The notes beneath the pieces are model-generated. The model had not been told where the DNA came from, ran no database searches, and worked only from the letters and a program-made list of their open reading frames with translations. From assembly GCA_964511175.1 (NCBI GenBank), contig CAZEEI010000004.1:93401-146485 (forward strand): 53,085 bases of DNA, in the 5' to 3' direction. Source of the stretch: an uncultured Pseudomonadales bacterium. GTDB taxonomy: Bacteria > Patescibacteriota > Microgenomatia > UBA1400 > UBA1396. The position numbers and the translations under genes were made by a program. This document shows positions 35,003 through 44,150 of this stretch, one piece after another. Within the stretch, counting starts at the first letter, position 1, and each line of letters starts with the position of its first letter.

Positions 35003-37642
35003 ATGCGTTTTTTACGTCGCCCAAAAAGAAGGTCGCCAGAACCGGAAGCCACTCCTGGTGTTAAGCGCATGCCTCGTCGTGAGTTTTTGCGGCTATTGTG
35101 GGAAGGTGGACAAACCTTGGCTTTTGCCCCACTTCTCGATTTTTCCTCTGATCTGGACGGTAAACAACTTGGTTTCACTGATTCACTGGAAGGTGATCCG
35201 GTGATTATCGCCGAGCGCCTTACCTCGCCGGAAACATTACACCCCTCAACTGATAATTTGCCCTTCTTCACCGAGCCATCCCCTAGCCACCTACAAAACA
35301 TTCAACCATTGGGAACTTTACCCACCAAACACCTAGCTGCCGTTGAACCAACCGAGTGGGCTCAACAATTGTCCGAATCCTCTTTGGGTTCTTTGGGTAA
35401 CAATATTAACTTCACCCTCAATACAGGAGAACCTACTCCTGCCAACCTGGTACGATCCTTAAATTGTAGTGTGTCTCACCCAGCTGTGGGTACTGAAAAT
35501 TTGACTCAACATTTTGGCCGGCATAATCCAGCTTTGTATGGTGATTGGTTCGGTGGAACTCATACCGGCACTGATTATCTTGGCGAATTTCCCTACACCG
35601 CCCCCTTCGAGGCGGAAGTGGTGGCCATTGGCTCTGGTTTTGATCAAGATGAACATAAGGGGTTAGGACCTAATGCCATCTTCTTACGTTCTTTGCACCC
35701 GGTTGGTCACGACGGTGAAGGCCACAATCTTTATCTTTATGCAGTATATGGACACGGCCAGTCAGTAGTACCCAATTTAGTGGTTGGTGATGTAGTTAGG
35801 CCAGGCGAAATTCTGGGCTTGACTGGCGCACTGGGTAACACTACCGAAACTCATCTGCATTTTGAAACCGCGCTTGGTCCTCATAACGCCCTAAACCAAA
35901 CTGAACAATTTATTACCTGGAAAGATCCCTCAAGAATAATCTATTTTGACAGTTCTAGTGTTTGGAATCACCAACTGCGTCGCCAATTAAACAACACAGC
36001 TACCGAGGATAATTTGGTTAAACAAATGGTTACTCACTTTCCCGAGCCAGACGAACACTTCGATCGTACCGGCTACCATGCCGACCCTAAAGAATATGGC
36101 TCCGGCCAGTTAAATATTGAAAACCTGCCAGCCCAGCTAAATGATGTTACCTATGTAATAACCGTTAACATCAATGATGGCTCATTGGGTTTATGGCAAA
36201 TGGGAGAGGCAAGCCAGCCACGAAAAGTTTTTGATACTAAGGTTTTAGTAGGTCAGAAGTTAAAAAGGGATTATGTTCTATCGGGGTCGTATGCCATCAC
36301 TGATCACGCTCAAGACGGTAGTTATGTTGATGGTCAGCGCGGTGTTCATTACAACCACCGTGGTATACCACGCGATACCTTAACTCCCCCTATGATCGCT
36401 CGCGTTAACGGTTTTGCCCAGATACAAAACTTTGCCCACGTAGACGATCTTACCTCGATTGCTGACATCAGCGCCTTACGCGAAGATGGCTCATTTGACC
36501 CCGATAGATCGCAATATACTATTAACCAAATCCCACCGGTACAACAATATGCTAACCGAGAACAAGCCCTGCTCGCTAGACTGTCAGATGTAGGATGTAA
36601 TTTTTCTACGGGCTGTGTCAATGTGGCCACCCGAGACTGGCAACGCCTGCTAGAGAACTGGCTCTCGCCAGCAATTAACGAGGGTAAAAAAGTTTATGTT
36701 ATTTTTTCTTATCCCGGCATCGACCACCAACAATTGCTTTTACCGACTGACTATGAAGTTAACCGCGATGATCCTTTCCTGGCGGGTGGTTTAGATAATT
36801 GGTATAACCGCACCAATAAAGTCAGTTTCCGCGAATGGGCCGCTGCCCGACCAGAGGAAGCATCTCAACTGATCAATAATTTTAACGATTTAGCCAAAAC
36901 GGTCATCCAAACTTATTTAGACCAATGCTATGCCGGTGTCGACCAGCCGGCATTTGCCCAAGCAATTAACTTTTGGCAGGAATGTTTTCCAGAAGGGAAA
37001 GATCAACGCCTCACTACTGAACCCGCTTTGACAGTTAAACAGCAAACAGCGTTTAATATTATTAACGGCTGGAAAGATAAAACTTTACCAGCATTGGCAA
37101 CTGTTAATACCACTGGTTGGGATCCTGCCAGTGATGTAGTTTTCTTCTCTGCATCCAGTGACACAGCTTTTAACAGCTGGATGAATAGTGAGCTGGGTCC
37201 ACTTGGTAATCTTGACATGAGTCTAGAATCACTATCATATTTTGAAACATTTCTTGGCAAGGCCGGTTATTCTATTGATCGTCCGGTCGAAATTCCCCGC
37301 TCAACTTTTTTGGCAGCGGAAGTGCTGTGGCGATTAGCCTCTAATAATCGCAGTATCGATCTCACTACGGCTCTAACCACCAAAAGAGCCTGGGCTGATC
37401 AGTTAGCTGCCGCCCTTTATAGCAATAGCCAGCCGCAACTACTACGAAATTGGAATCGCTTTTTCCAAGAGACCTATTATCTCAATCTAGTAACTGTACC
37501 GCTTACCAACCAGTTATCACAACCTACCCCCTACGACGGCGTTATTGACATTATGCATCGTTTACTTAATAACCAAACAGTTAACCAGGCTGAGATTAAC
37601 CAAGTACAGGAAGCTTTTCAGGATTGGCAAATCAATAAATAA
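35003..37642 (+). CDS. Large secreted M23 metallopeptidase-domain protein with long uncharacterised C-terminal region
   Basis: M23 motifs HTGTDY (HxxxD) and TETHLHFE (HxH). The N-terminus has MPRREFLRLLWEGGQTLAFAPLL (twin-arginine-like). A later STGCVNVATRDWQRL resembles the YkuD catalytic motif. Confidence 0.8.
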   Translation: MRFLRRPKRRSPEPEATPGVKRMPRREFLRLLWEGGQTLAFAPLLDFSSDLDGKQLGFTDSLEGDPVIIAERLTSPETLHPSTDNLPFFTEPSPSHLQNIQPLGTLPTKHLAAVEPTEWAQQLSESSLGSLGNNINFTLNTGEPTPANLVRSLNCSVSHPAVGTENLTQHFGRHNPALYGDWFGGTHTGTDYLGEFPYTAPFEAEVVAIGSGFDQDEHKGLGPNAIFLRSLHPVGHDGEGHNLYLYAVYGHGQSVVPNLVVGDVVRPGEILGLTGALGNTTETHLHFETALGPHNALNQTEQFITWKDPSRIIYFDSSSVWNHQLRRQLNNTATEDNLVKQMVTHFPEPDEHFDRTGYHADPKEYGSGQLNIENLPAQLNDVTYVITVNINDGSLGLWQMGEASQPRKVFDTKVLVGQKLKRDYVLSGSYAITDHAQDGSYVDGQRGVHYNHRGIPRDTLTPPMIARVNGFAQIQNFAHVDDLTSIADISALREDGSFDPDRSQYTINQIPPVQQYANREQALLARLSDVGCNFSTGCVNVATRDWQRLLENWLSPAINEGKKVYVIFSYPGIDHQQLLLPTDYEVNRDDPFLAGGLDNWYNRTNKVSFREWAAARPEEASQLINNFNDLAKTVIQTYLDQCYAGVDQPAFAQAINFWQECFPEGKDQRLTTEPALTVKQQTAFNIINGWKDKTLPALATVNTTGWDPASDVVFFSASSDTAFNSWMNSELGPLGNLDMSLESLSYFETFLGKAGYSIDRPVEIPRSTFLAAEVLWRLASNNRSIDLTTALTTKRAWADQLAAALYSNSQPQLLRNWNRFFQETYYLNLVTVPLTNQLSQPTPYDGVIDIMHRLLNNQTVNQAEINQVQEAFQDWQINK

Positions 37643-37861
37643 TTATAGGTGTAAAAAGCCCAATAGCTGGTAAACCACCCAACCGGGCCAGGTGAGCGCC
37701 TTAAAAATAGCGACTAATTTATCACTCGCCATGGCCGGCGAATTTTGCCAAAAATAAACTAGGGCACCCAACAGTCCTAAACCATAAACCGCGTCGCTGC
37801 CATGACTGCCACAACCGCGCCAGTCGTGACACGGCATTTTATCTTGAGACTTCATACACAC
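37643..37861 (-). CDS. Small Cys/His-rich membrane protein (72 aa)
   Basis: MCMKSQDKMPCHDWRGCGSHGSD followed by two hydrophobic helices. Its stop codon directly abuts the stop of the convergent M23 gene. Confidence 0.4.
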   Translation of the reverse strand: MCMKSQDKMPCHDWRGCGSHGSDAVYGLGLLGALVYFWQNSPAMASDKLVAIFKALTWPGWVVYQLLGFLHL

Positions 37862-37935
37862 TGCCCTTCCATATACTGGTAGTGTAGTACATAGTTTAGA
37901 GTTCTACCACTAATCAAAATCACTAAAATTGGTAA

Positions 37936-38008
37936 TTGTACAAAAGGGCCACTTGTTTTGTACAAAAACACCCGTCAAATTGTACAACTTTCGATTTTGC
38001 GGTTTTTG
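37936..38008. promoter_or_regulatory. Array of three TTGTACAA palindromes at exact 22-bp spacing, plus a conserved arm
   Basis: Cores at 37936-37943, 37958-37965 and 37980-37987. 37980-38008 (TTGTACAACTTTCGATTTTGCGGTTTTTG) is a reverse-complement copy of the arm seen at 44181-44209 and 16855-16883. Confidence 0.5.
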
Positions 38009-38044
38009 ATACACGCGGAGAGGGGGGTGAAGAGTCGAATAACC

Positions 38045-38722
38045 CTATTGGTTCACAACTTTTTCCAAAGTTTTTTGCGGTGTGGACGACACATTGCGCT
38101 GTTTCCAGTATTCATAAATCATCGGCAAAACCGAAATCAACACAATGGCAATAACCACCAAGCCAAAATTTTCCTTCACGGCCGGGATATTGCCAAAGAA
38201 AAAGCCGGCTAAAGTAAACAGGCTCACCCACAATAAACCGCCAATCACGTTAAACAACAAAAAAGTTTGGTAATGCATTTTGCCCACCCCAGCCACAAAA
38301 GGGGCAAACGTGCGCACGATGGGTACAAAGCGAGCCAAAATAATGGTTTTGCCGCCATGCTTGCGGTAGAAAGCTTCGGTTTTATCAATATGCTCCTGAT
38401 TAATAAAAGTAATTTTGGGGTTATCGACAATTTTCTGGCCAAACAAACTGCCAATCCAGTAATTAGCCGAGTCACCGGCAATAGCGGCGGCGTAAAGCAA
38501 AACAAGCAGTGCGGACAAATGCAGCGAGCCAAGCGCACTGATGGCTCCAGCCGCAAAAAGCAGGGAGTCGCCTGGCAGGAAAGGCGTCACTACCAAACCA
38601 GTTTCGGCAAAAATTATCAAGAATAAGATAGCGTAGGTGAGCACACCATAGGCTTGAATAATTTCCACCAGATGAACGTCGATATGCAAAACAAACTCAA
38701 TGAGGGTAACGATAATATTCAT
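38045..38722 (-). CDS. dedA: DedA family membrane protein
   Basis: ..FAETGLVVTPFLPGDSLLFAAG.. and ..ARFVPIVRTFAPFVAGV.. signature motifs. Confidence 0.9.
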   Translation of the reverse strand: MNIIVTLIEFVLHIDVHLVEIIQAYGVLTYAILFLIIFAETGLVVTPFLPGDSLLFAAGAISALGSLHLSALLVLLYAAAIAGDSANYWIGSLFGQKIVDNPKITFINQEHIDKTEAFYRKHGGKTIILARFVPIVRTFAPFVAGVGKMHYQTFLLFNVIGGLLWVSLFTLAGFFFGNIPAVKENFGLVVIAIVLISVLPMIYEYWKQRNVSSTPQKTLEKVVNQ

Positions 38723-38767
38723 AGACCATCATGGTACCAAATAATCGAGTTCTGTGTTGGGGAGATA

Positions 38768-38801
38768 GTGGAAACCCGGCCAGAGGCCGGGTTGTTTCCA
38801 C
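38768..38801 (-). terminator. Hairpin downstream of the RRM protein gene
   Basis: GTGGAAAC-CCGGCC / GGCCGG-GTT-GTTTCCAC long GC-rich stem. No clear U-tract on the minus strand. Confidence 0.4.
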
Positions 38802-38821
38802 TCTTAATGACTAAGGGTTAC

Positions 38822-39208
38822 TTAGTGATCACGTCGGTAGCTAGGCTTGTTGCCGTAACCACCGCGTCCACCACCGAAGCCGCCGCGGCTACCGCCGCCA
38901 AAGCCACCACGATCACCACCGCCAAATTGGCGAGGTGCTGGGGGACGAGCCACGTTGACGACTAAAGCGCGGCCGTCTAATTCGACACCGTTAACCGCTT
39001 CGATCGCCTTCTGGGCGTCTTCTTCATTAACAAACTCGACAAAGGCGATGCCTTTGGAACGACCGGTAACCCGATCGATAATGAGTTTGATCTCACGAAT
39101 CTCGCCGTGAGGGGCGAACAGCTCTTCCAGCTGTTGTTCCGTGGCACTGTACGGCAGGTTGCCGACAAACAGTTTACGCGGATTAGGTTGGGAACCGGTT
39201 TGGTCCAT
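38822..39208 (-). CDS. RRM-type RNA-binding protein with Gly/Arg-rich tail
   Basis: RNP2 LFVGNLPY, RNP1 KGIAFVEF, C-terminal GGGDRGGFGGGSRGGFGGGRGG. Confidence 0.9.
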   Translation of the reverse strand: MDQTGSQPNPRKLFVGNLPYSATEQQLEELFAPHGEIREIKLIIDRVTGRSKGIAFVEFVNEEDAQKAIEAVNGVELDGRALVVNVARPPAPRQFGGGDRGGFGGGSRGGFGGGRGGYGNKPSYRRDH

Positions 39209-39351
39209 ACTTCTCCCTAGTTTCTCCCGGAATGTCCGGGTCTTTTTATGGTTTTTAGCTTAGAAACAACCACGTAATCCAGGGAGCCTGTAACCAAGGG
39301 TTTAAATTTTGGACAGACCCGTACTACAGAAATGTTCTAAAACTAAGCAGT

Positions 39352-39357
39352 ATTATA
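39352..39357 (-). promoter_or_regulatory. -10 box for the RRM protein gene
   Basis: Minus-strand TATAAT lies about 140 nt upstream of the ATG, with a weak -35 (TTAGTG) at 17-nt spacing. Confidence 0.35.
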
Positions 39358-39376
39358 GCACGCCAACGTTAAAACA

Positions 39377-40528
39377 CTAAGCTTTAGTCGAATTTGGCCA
39401 AGTAAATTGAGTTCCCTTAAAGTCGCGGAAACCTTTATTAAAATCAACCCACCAAGCATTGCCCTCCGGTATGGGAATCTTGCCATAACCCTGCGGCACA
39501 TCAATTACAAATCTGGCAGTGGCCGCCACACCAGACAAACGCGGCCGGAGTTTGCGCCAAATCTTAACCGCTCGTTTCAAAGGGACCGTAAAATGTTTAG
39601 CCCAGCAGACATCGTCGTTTTGGAAAACGTAGTAAGGACGGATGCCCTCCTTGGCCAAGGTTTGAAAAAGTGTGTAAAGCACCTGTTCATTATCGTTAAC
39701 TCCCTTAAGCAGTACCGTTTGAGTCAAGACCGCAGCCAGTGATTCGCGGCGAAAACGATTGAGCACAGCCAAGGCTTGCTCGGTTAGCTCAGCGGGATGG
39801 TTAACGTGCACCATTAGATAAGGATTGCGCAGTAATCCGACGGCACGGTAGTGCCAATCTTTAATACCAATCGGATTATGAATTGGGAAACGCGAACCAA
39901 TCCGGACAATATCTAGTTTACCGTCGGCCTGGCGTTTGGCCAGTCGGGACAAAATTTTCGTGAGATACGGCTCAGGCGTGGTGAGGGGATCACCGCCGGA
40001 AAGAATAATTTCGTTAATCTCGTTGTGTTTATCTAAATAAGCTTCAACCTGATCTAAATCCGCATCAGAAAGATAGGCCTTGCGCGCTAAAGCCGCACTC
40101 TGGTTTAGCGCCCCAGCACCGGTGTAACCTACTTCCCGTCCCCGCGTGCAAAACCGGCAATAACTGGAACAAAAACGGGTAACGGTCCAAAGAGCCCGAC
40201 CATAAGTGATTACCGAGCCGTCTTTACGCCGGCGGCCGCGATATTTATAAACCAAACCAGGAGCTTCCTCATGATGATCCTCATTGAGGGGATCCATAGT
40301 TTGGCGACTAAAGTATTTTCTCTCCAAGTTGGGACGCGCCACAAATTGGCGGCCAATGGGGCCATCCACTCCGCCGGTTTTAGTGATTAGTTCCCGCAAG
40401 TACAGCGAGTAAACCTCTGGCAAACCGCCATGCGGCAAACTAACCGCGGGACCACGCGGAATCAATTTGGCTTTTGGCAGCTGAGCTAAAGGAGGTTCGT
40501 CAGAACTAGCAGTTGAATCAGATTCCAT
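39377..40528 (-). CDS. KamA family radical SAM protein (lysine 2,3-aminomutase / EpmB-like)
   Basis: CSSYCRFCTRG (CxxxCxxC), ..ILSGGDPL.., ..VHVNHPAEL.., ..TVLLKGVND.. family motifs. Confidence 0.85.
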   Translation of the reverse strand: MESDSTASSDEPPLAQLPKAKLIPRGPAVSLPHGGLPEVYSLYLRELITKTGGVDGPIGRQFVARPNLERKYFSRQTMDPLNEDHHEEAPGLVYKYRGRRRKDGSVITYGRALWTVTRFCSSYCRFCTRGREVGYTGAGALNQSAALARKAYLSDADLDQVEAYLDKHNEINEIILSGGDPLTTPEPYLTKILSRLAKRQADGKLDIVRIGSRFPIHNPIGIKDWHYRAVGLLRNPYLMVHVNHPAELTEQALAVLNRFRRESLAAVLTQTVLLKGVNDNEQVLYTLFQTLAKEGIRPYYVFQNDDVCWAKHFTVPLKRAVKIWRKLRPRLSGVAATARFVIDVPQGYGKIPIPEGNAWWVDFNKGFRDFKGTQFTWPNSTKA

Positions 40529-40631
40529 ATTTATTTTGGTTCCAGTACTAAATTAACGCGTCAACTATTATTGCAAATTGACAGCAATGTACAAGTAGTA
40601 AAAATAACGACAACGAAAATTATTTGATCTT

Positions 40632-40640
40632 TGCTACAAT
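40632..40640 (+). promoter_or_regulatory. Extended -10 element (TGcTACAAT) 9 nt upstream of the rfbC ATG
   Basis: TGCTACAAT-gggcgcaat-ATG, with no SD possible. Confidence 0.45.
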
Positions 40641-40649
40641 GGGCGCAAT

Positions 40650-41204
40650 ATGCAGCACGATTTTCAGTTTCAACCCACCCCTTTAGCCGGTTTAACCCTC
40701 ATCCAGCCCAAGTTGGCCAAAGACGAGCGGGGATTTTTCTTAGAAGACTATCACCGCCAAATTTTTGCCGACCACGGCATCGACGCTACCTTTGTGCAGG
40801 ATAACCACTCCCATTCCAGCCGTGGTGTTTTGCGCGGTTTGCACTTTCAGCGTGCACCCATGGCTCAGGATAAACTGATTCGGGTAGTTGGCGGCGAAGC
40901 CTATGACGTGGTGGTTGATATCCGGCCAGATTCACCCACTTACGGTCAATCATTTGGTGTACATCTTTCGGCCGAGAACAAACAAATGATGTTTATCCCT
41001 CAAGGTTTTGCCCACGGCTTCTTGGTACTGAGCGACACGGTCGATTTCCTCTATAAGGTAAGCAATTATTATTCGCCCGAACATGAGGCTGGCTTGTTGT
41101 GGAATGACCCCGACCTGAATATTAACTGGCCCATTGCCGAGCCGCTACTTTCGGCCAAGGATCAACGTCATCCCCGTCTGCGTGAACTAAACCGAAAGGA
41201 GTAA
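40650..41204 (+). CDS. rfbC: dTDP-4-dehydrorhamnose 3,5-epimerase
   Basis: ..DERGFFLE..FVQDNHSHSSRGVLRGLHFQ..KLIRVVGGEAYDVVVDIR..IPQGFAHGF.. canonical RmlC. Confidence 0.9.
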   Translation: MQHDFQFQPTPLAGLTLIQPKLAKDERGFFLEDYHRQIFADHGIDATFVQDNHSHSSRGVLRGLHFQRAPMAQDKLIRVVGGEAYDVVVDIRPDSPTYGQSFGVHLSAENKQMMFIPQGFAHGFLVLSDTVDFLYKVSNYYSPEHEAGLLWNDPDLNINWPIAEPLLSAKDQRHPRLRELNRKE

Positions 41205-41205
41205 G

Positions 41206-41508
41206 ATGAATCTCATCTTCCAATCGCGTCACGTCGAGCTCACCCCGGAGCTCCAGGAGTTTGTGACTAAGCAGCTTGAGGAACTGGAGCGGCACCAGTA
41301 CCGGCTAGATGGAGTCACGGTCACTACAGACCGTATTGAGAAAAAAAAGAATGATCCCGGCGCTAACCAAGTTACCCTCCTGGCTGATGTACCCGGTGAA
41401 AATGTGGTTATTACTTACCGCGCGGTAGACCTTAAGACGGCTCTCACTGGGGCAGTGGAGCGGTTGGACCGAGCACTACGCAAAACCAAAGAAAAGCGGT
41501 TGCCTTAG
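41206..41508 (+). CDS. hpf: Ribosome hibernation promoting factor / RaiA family (short form)
   Basis: 100 aa, MNLIFQSRHVELTPELQEFVTKQLEELER.. S30AE-type beta-alpha-beta-beta-beta-alpha pattern. Confidence 0.75.
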   Translation: MNLIFQSRHVELTPELQEFVTKQLEELERHQYRLDGVTVTTDRIEKKKNDPGANQVTLLADVPGENVVITYRAVDLKTALTGAVERLDRALRKTKEKRLP

Positions 41509-41544
41509 TCTGAGATCCGCTCTCAATTAAGATATAATGACGAC

Positions 41545-42663
41545 ATGGAAAATGAGCTTTTACCCAGGCGTTTGAGTATTCGCCGTGTGGTGGTTTCGAT
41601 TGCCTTGGGCGTGACCATGTTTGTGTTTGGTTTTGGTCTGCGCGGCCTAATCACTAAATCTGCCACCAGCTACCAATTGCTAACGCCACTAGGAGAAAAA
41701 ACACCAGAGGCACCGGCCAATCCCTATTTGCCTTTTCGCTTCAGCGCATTGCGTTCGCTGATTTTGTCACCGGAACCAATCACTATTTTGGGGGTGCTGG
41801 ATCAGTCACAGCCCAGTTACCACTCCTTCCTGGTTGCCTGGGATGTACCTAATTTAGAAACCAAACAAAAGGACCGCGTTACCGGTCAGTTGAATATTCC
41901 CACGGGTGAGGGTCCCTTTCCCGCCATCGTGATGCTACGCGGCTACGTGGAGCGGGAAGAGTACCGTACCGGCACCGGCACCCGCAATGCGGCGGCGGCA
42001 TTCGCCCAGAATGGTTTTGTGACGATCGCGCCGGATTTTTTGGGCTACGGCGGTAGCGACGCCGAGTCTAGTGACGTCCTAATCGCCCGTTTTGCTAAAC
42101 CACTGACAGTTCTCCAATTATTGACTGACCTCAAGTCCGGCGAACTACAACTTGATCCTGACCTGACTGCCGATCCTCTGCCGACCGTACGCAACATTAT
42201 CGACCAGTCCCGGCTTGGTTTGTGGGCTCACAGTAACGGCGGTCAAATTGCCTTATCCGTGCTGGAAATAACCAGCCAAGTTTTGCCGACCAGTCTCTGG
42301 GCACCGGTTTCCCAATCTTTCCCTTACAACGTGCTCTACTACAGCAACGATGCCGAGGATCAGGGTCGATACCTACGACAACAATTAGCCAATTTTGAGT
42401 TCACGCTGGACAATGATCCCGCCGAGTGGTCAGCCCTTACCGAACCTAGCCGTATTCTGGCTCCCCTCCAAATCCACCAAGGCGGACGTGACGACGCCGT
42501 GCCATTAGCTTGGTCGGAGCAATTGACCGCCAAACTGGAGGCCGCCACGGTCTCGGCTAAGTTGTATACTTACCCCCAAGCCGATCACAATCTCCAACCA
42601 GATTGGTCGACGGCTGTCCAACGTGACCTGCAATTTTTTGCGCGCCACCTCAAAAATAATTAA
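41545..42663 (+). CDS. Alpha/beta hydrolase, S9 prolyl-oligopeptidase-like, membrane anchored
   Basis: N-terminal TM helix, nucleophile elbow GLWAHSNGG, ..HQGGRDDAVP.. (Asp), ..ADHNL (His). Confidence 0.7.
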   Translation: MENELLPRRLSIRRVVVSIALGVTMFVFGFGLRGLITKSATSYQLLTPLGEKTPEAPANPYLPFRFSALRSLILSPEPITILGVLDQSQPSYHSFLVAWDVPNLETKQKDRVTGQLNIPTGEGPFPAIVMLRGYVEREEYRTGTGTRNAAAAFAQNGFVTIAPDFLGYGGSDAESSDVLIARFAKPLTVLQLLTDLKSGELQLDPDLTADPLPTVRNIIDQSRLGLWAHSNGGQIALSVLEITSQVLPTSLWAPVSQSFPYNVLYYSNDAEDQGRYLRQQLANFEFTLDNDPAEWSALTEPSRILAPLQIHQGGRDDAVPLAWSEQLTAKLEAATVSAKLYTYPQADHNLQPDWSTAVQRDLQFFARHLKNN

Positions 42664-42675
42664 GTTAAGGAACCT

Positions 42676-43746
42676 ATGACCGATCCTCGCTACACCAGGC
42701 TAGCCGAAATCCTGGTTCAGCAATGTATGGCTGTTAAACCGAATGAACACATTTGGCTACGGGCCACTTCGCCAGCTGCCCTGCCGCTCAGTCGGGAAGT
42801 ATATAAACAAATTGTTTTGGTTGGCGCCCACCCACTTTATGACTTAGCCGATGACCAGGTGACTGCTTTTTTCTATAAACACGCTACGCCTGCGCAATTA
42901 AACCACCACCCGGACATCATGGAGTTCACGGCCAACCTGGCCGACAAAACCATTACGATTGTTGGCGAACAAAATAAGCGCGAACTAGCCGGTGCGGATC
43001 CTAAGAAACTGCTGGAGCGTTCGCGGCTCCTGAAAAGCGTCAAAGATATTATTATGGCCAAGCCTTGGGTCTTAACCTATGTACCCACCCACGGCATGGC
43101 CCAAGACGCTAATCTTTCCTTGGATGAATTTGAGGAATTTTATTTTGGCGCCACCAACCGCGATTGGCAGGAAATCGAGACCCGGATGCAAAAACTGGCG
43201 GACCGCCTTAACCAGGCTAAAACCCTGCGCATCCAGGGTGTGAAAACCGATCTCACCCTGTCGGTGGCCGGCCACCACTGGATTGCCGACGACTGGAAAG
43301 CTAATATGCCAGGTGGTGAAGTTTTTACCTCGCCGACGGCCGATTCGGTGGAAGGGGAGGTGTACTTTAACTTCCCACTCCTACATGACGGTAAATTAAT
43401 GCGCGATATCCACTTGTTCTTTGAACGCGGCAGGGTAGTGAAGGCTACCGCCAGTGAAAACGAGGCCTACCTTAACCACTTGTTAGATACCGATGAAGAT
43501 GCGCGTCACTTGGGTGAAGTTGCTTTTGGCGGCAACCCAGGCATTACCAACTACATGCTCAATATGCTGTTTGACGAAAAAATGGCTGGCACGATGCATT
43601 TAGCACTGGGTCAAGGATTTGCCGAATGCGGCGGGGAAACCTCCTCGGCTCTGCACTTGGATATCGTCAAGGACATGAGTGCGCCGGGATCCAAAGTTAC
43701 TTTGGATGGGGAAGACTTTCTGGATGAGGGAAAGTTCGTGATCTGA
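42676..43746 (+). CDS. M29 family aminopeptidase (AmpS/PepS-like)
   Basis: Length and motifs (..PGGEVFTSP.., ..GEVAFGGNPGI.., ..HLALGQGF.., ..HLDIV) typical of thermophilic metalloprotease M29. Confidence 0.8.
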   Translation: MTDPRYTRLAEILVQQCMAVKPNEHIWLRATSPAALPLSREVYKQIVLVGAHPLYDLADDQVTAFFYKHATPAQLNHHPDIMEFTANLADKTITIVGEQNKRELAGADPKKLLERSRLLKSVKDIIMAKPWVLTYVPTHGMAQDANLSLDEFEEFYFGATNRDWQEIETRMQKLADRLNQAKTLRIQGVKTDLTLSVAGHHWIADDWKANMPGGEVFTSPTADSVEGEVYFNFPLLHDGKLMRDIHLFFERGRVVKATASENEAYLNHLLDTDEDARHLGEVAFGGNPGITNYMLNMLFDEKMAGTMHLALGQGFAECGGETSSALHLDIVKDMSAPGSKVTLDGEDFLDEGKFVI

Positions 43747-43751
43747 CTCAG

Positions 43752-44141
43752 TTAGCTTAAAAAAAGTAGTTTCGTACCAGGAAAATGCGTATCCAAAAAC
43801 TTAAACGTTTCTTCACCTTCCGAAAAATCACTTTTTGCGTAGTAAAAAATCCCTCGTTTGTAATGGAGTCGGCCAAACTCGATAACGGGCTCAACTCCAT
43901 TCCTGACAGATATGCCCCGCCAGGCGGTTGGTAAAATGTCGGAGTGGGTGTAAATATCAGAATCACCGAAAGCTAGCTGTGTCTCAACACCATTAGTGAC
44001 CAAAGCAAAACGCCAAACCACATCTTCGTCCTGAAGCATGCCGATCGTTTGATGATTGAGTAAACGGATCTGTCCAGCATTCTGCTCAGCTCTATCAACT
44101 AAAGAAACGTGCGTCTCTAAAGGTTCAGCTACACGCGACAT
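43752..44141 (-). CDS. Hypothetical protein (129 aa)
   Basis: ORF preceded by an extended -10. No family recognised. Confidence 0.45.
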   Translation of the reverse strand: MSRVAEPLETHVSLVDRAEQNAGQIRLLNHQTIGMLQDEDVVWRFALVTNGVETQLAFGDSDIYTHSDILPTAWRGISVRNGVEPVIEFGRLHYKRGIFYYAKSDFSEGEETFKFLDTHFPGTKLLFLS

Positions 44142-44150
44142 ATAGGCGAA

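Noticed and set aside
34990-35301. 103-aa minus-strand ORF overlapping the start of the M23 gene.
   Set aside because: It is antisense to a well-supported long CDS and has a Ser/Arg/Gly-rich composition typical of shadow ORFs.
38654-38965. 103-aa plus-strand ORF spanning the dedA start, the intergenic hairpin and the RRM gene tail.
   Set aside because: It crosses a terminator-like hairpin. Its Ala/Thr-rich C-terminus is the antisense of the Gly/Arg-rich tail of the RRM protein.
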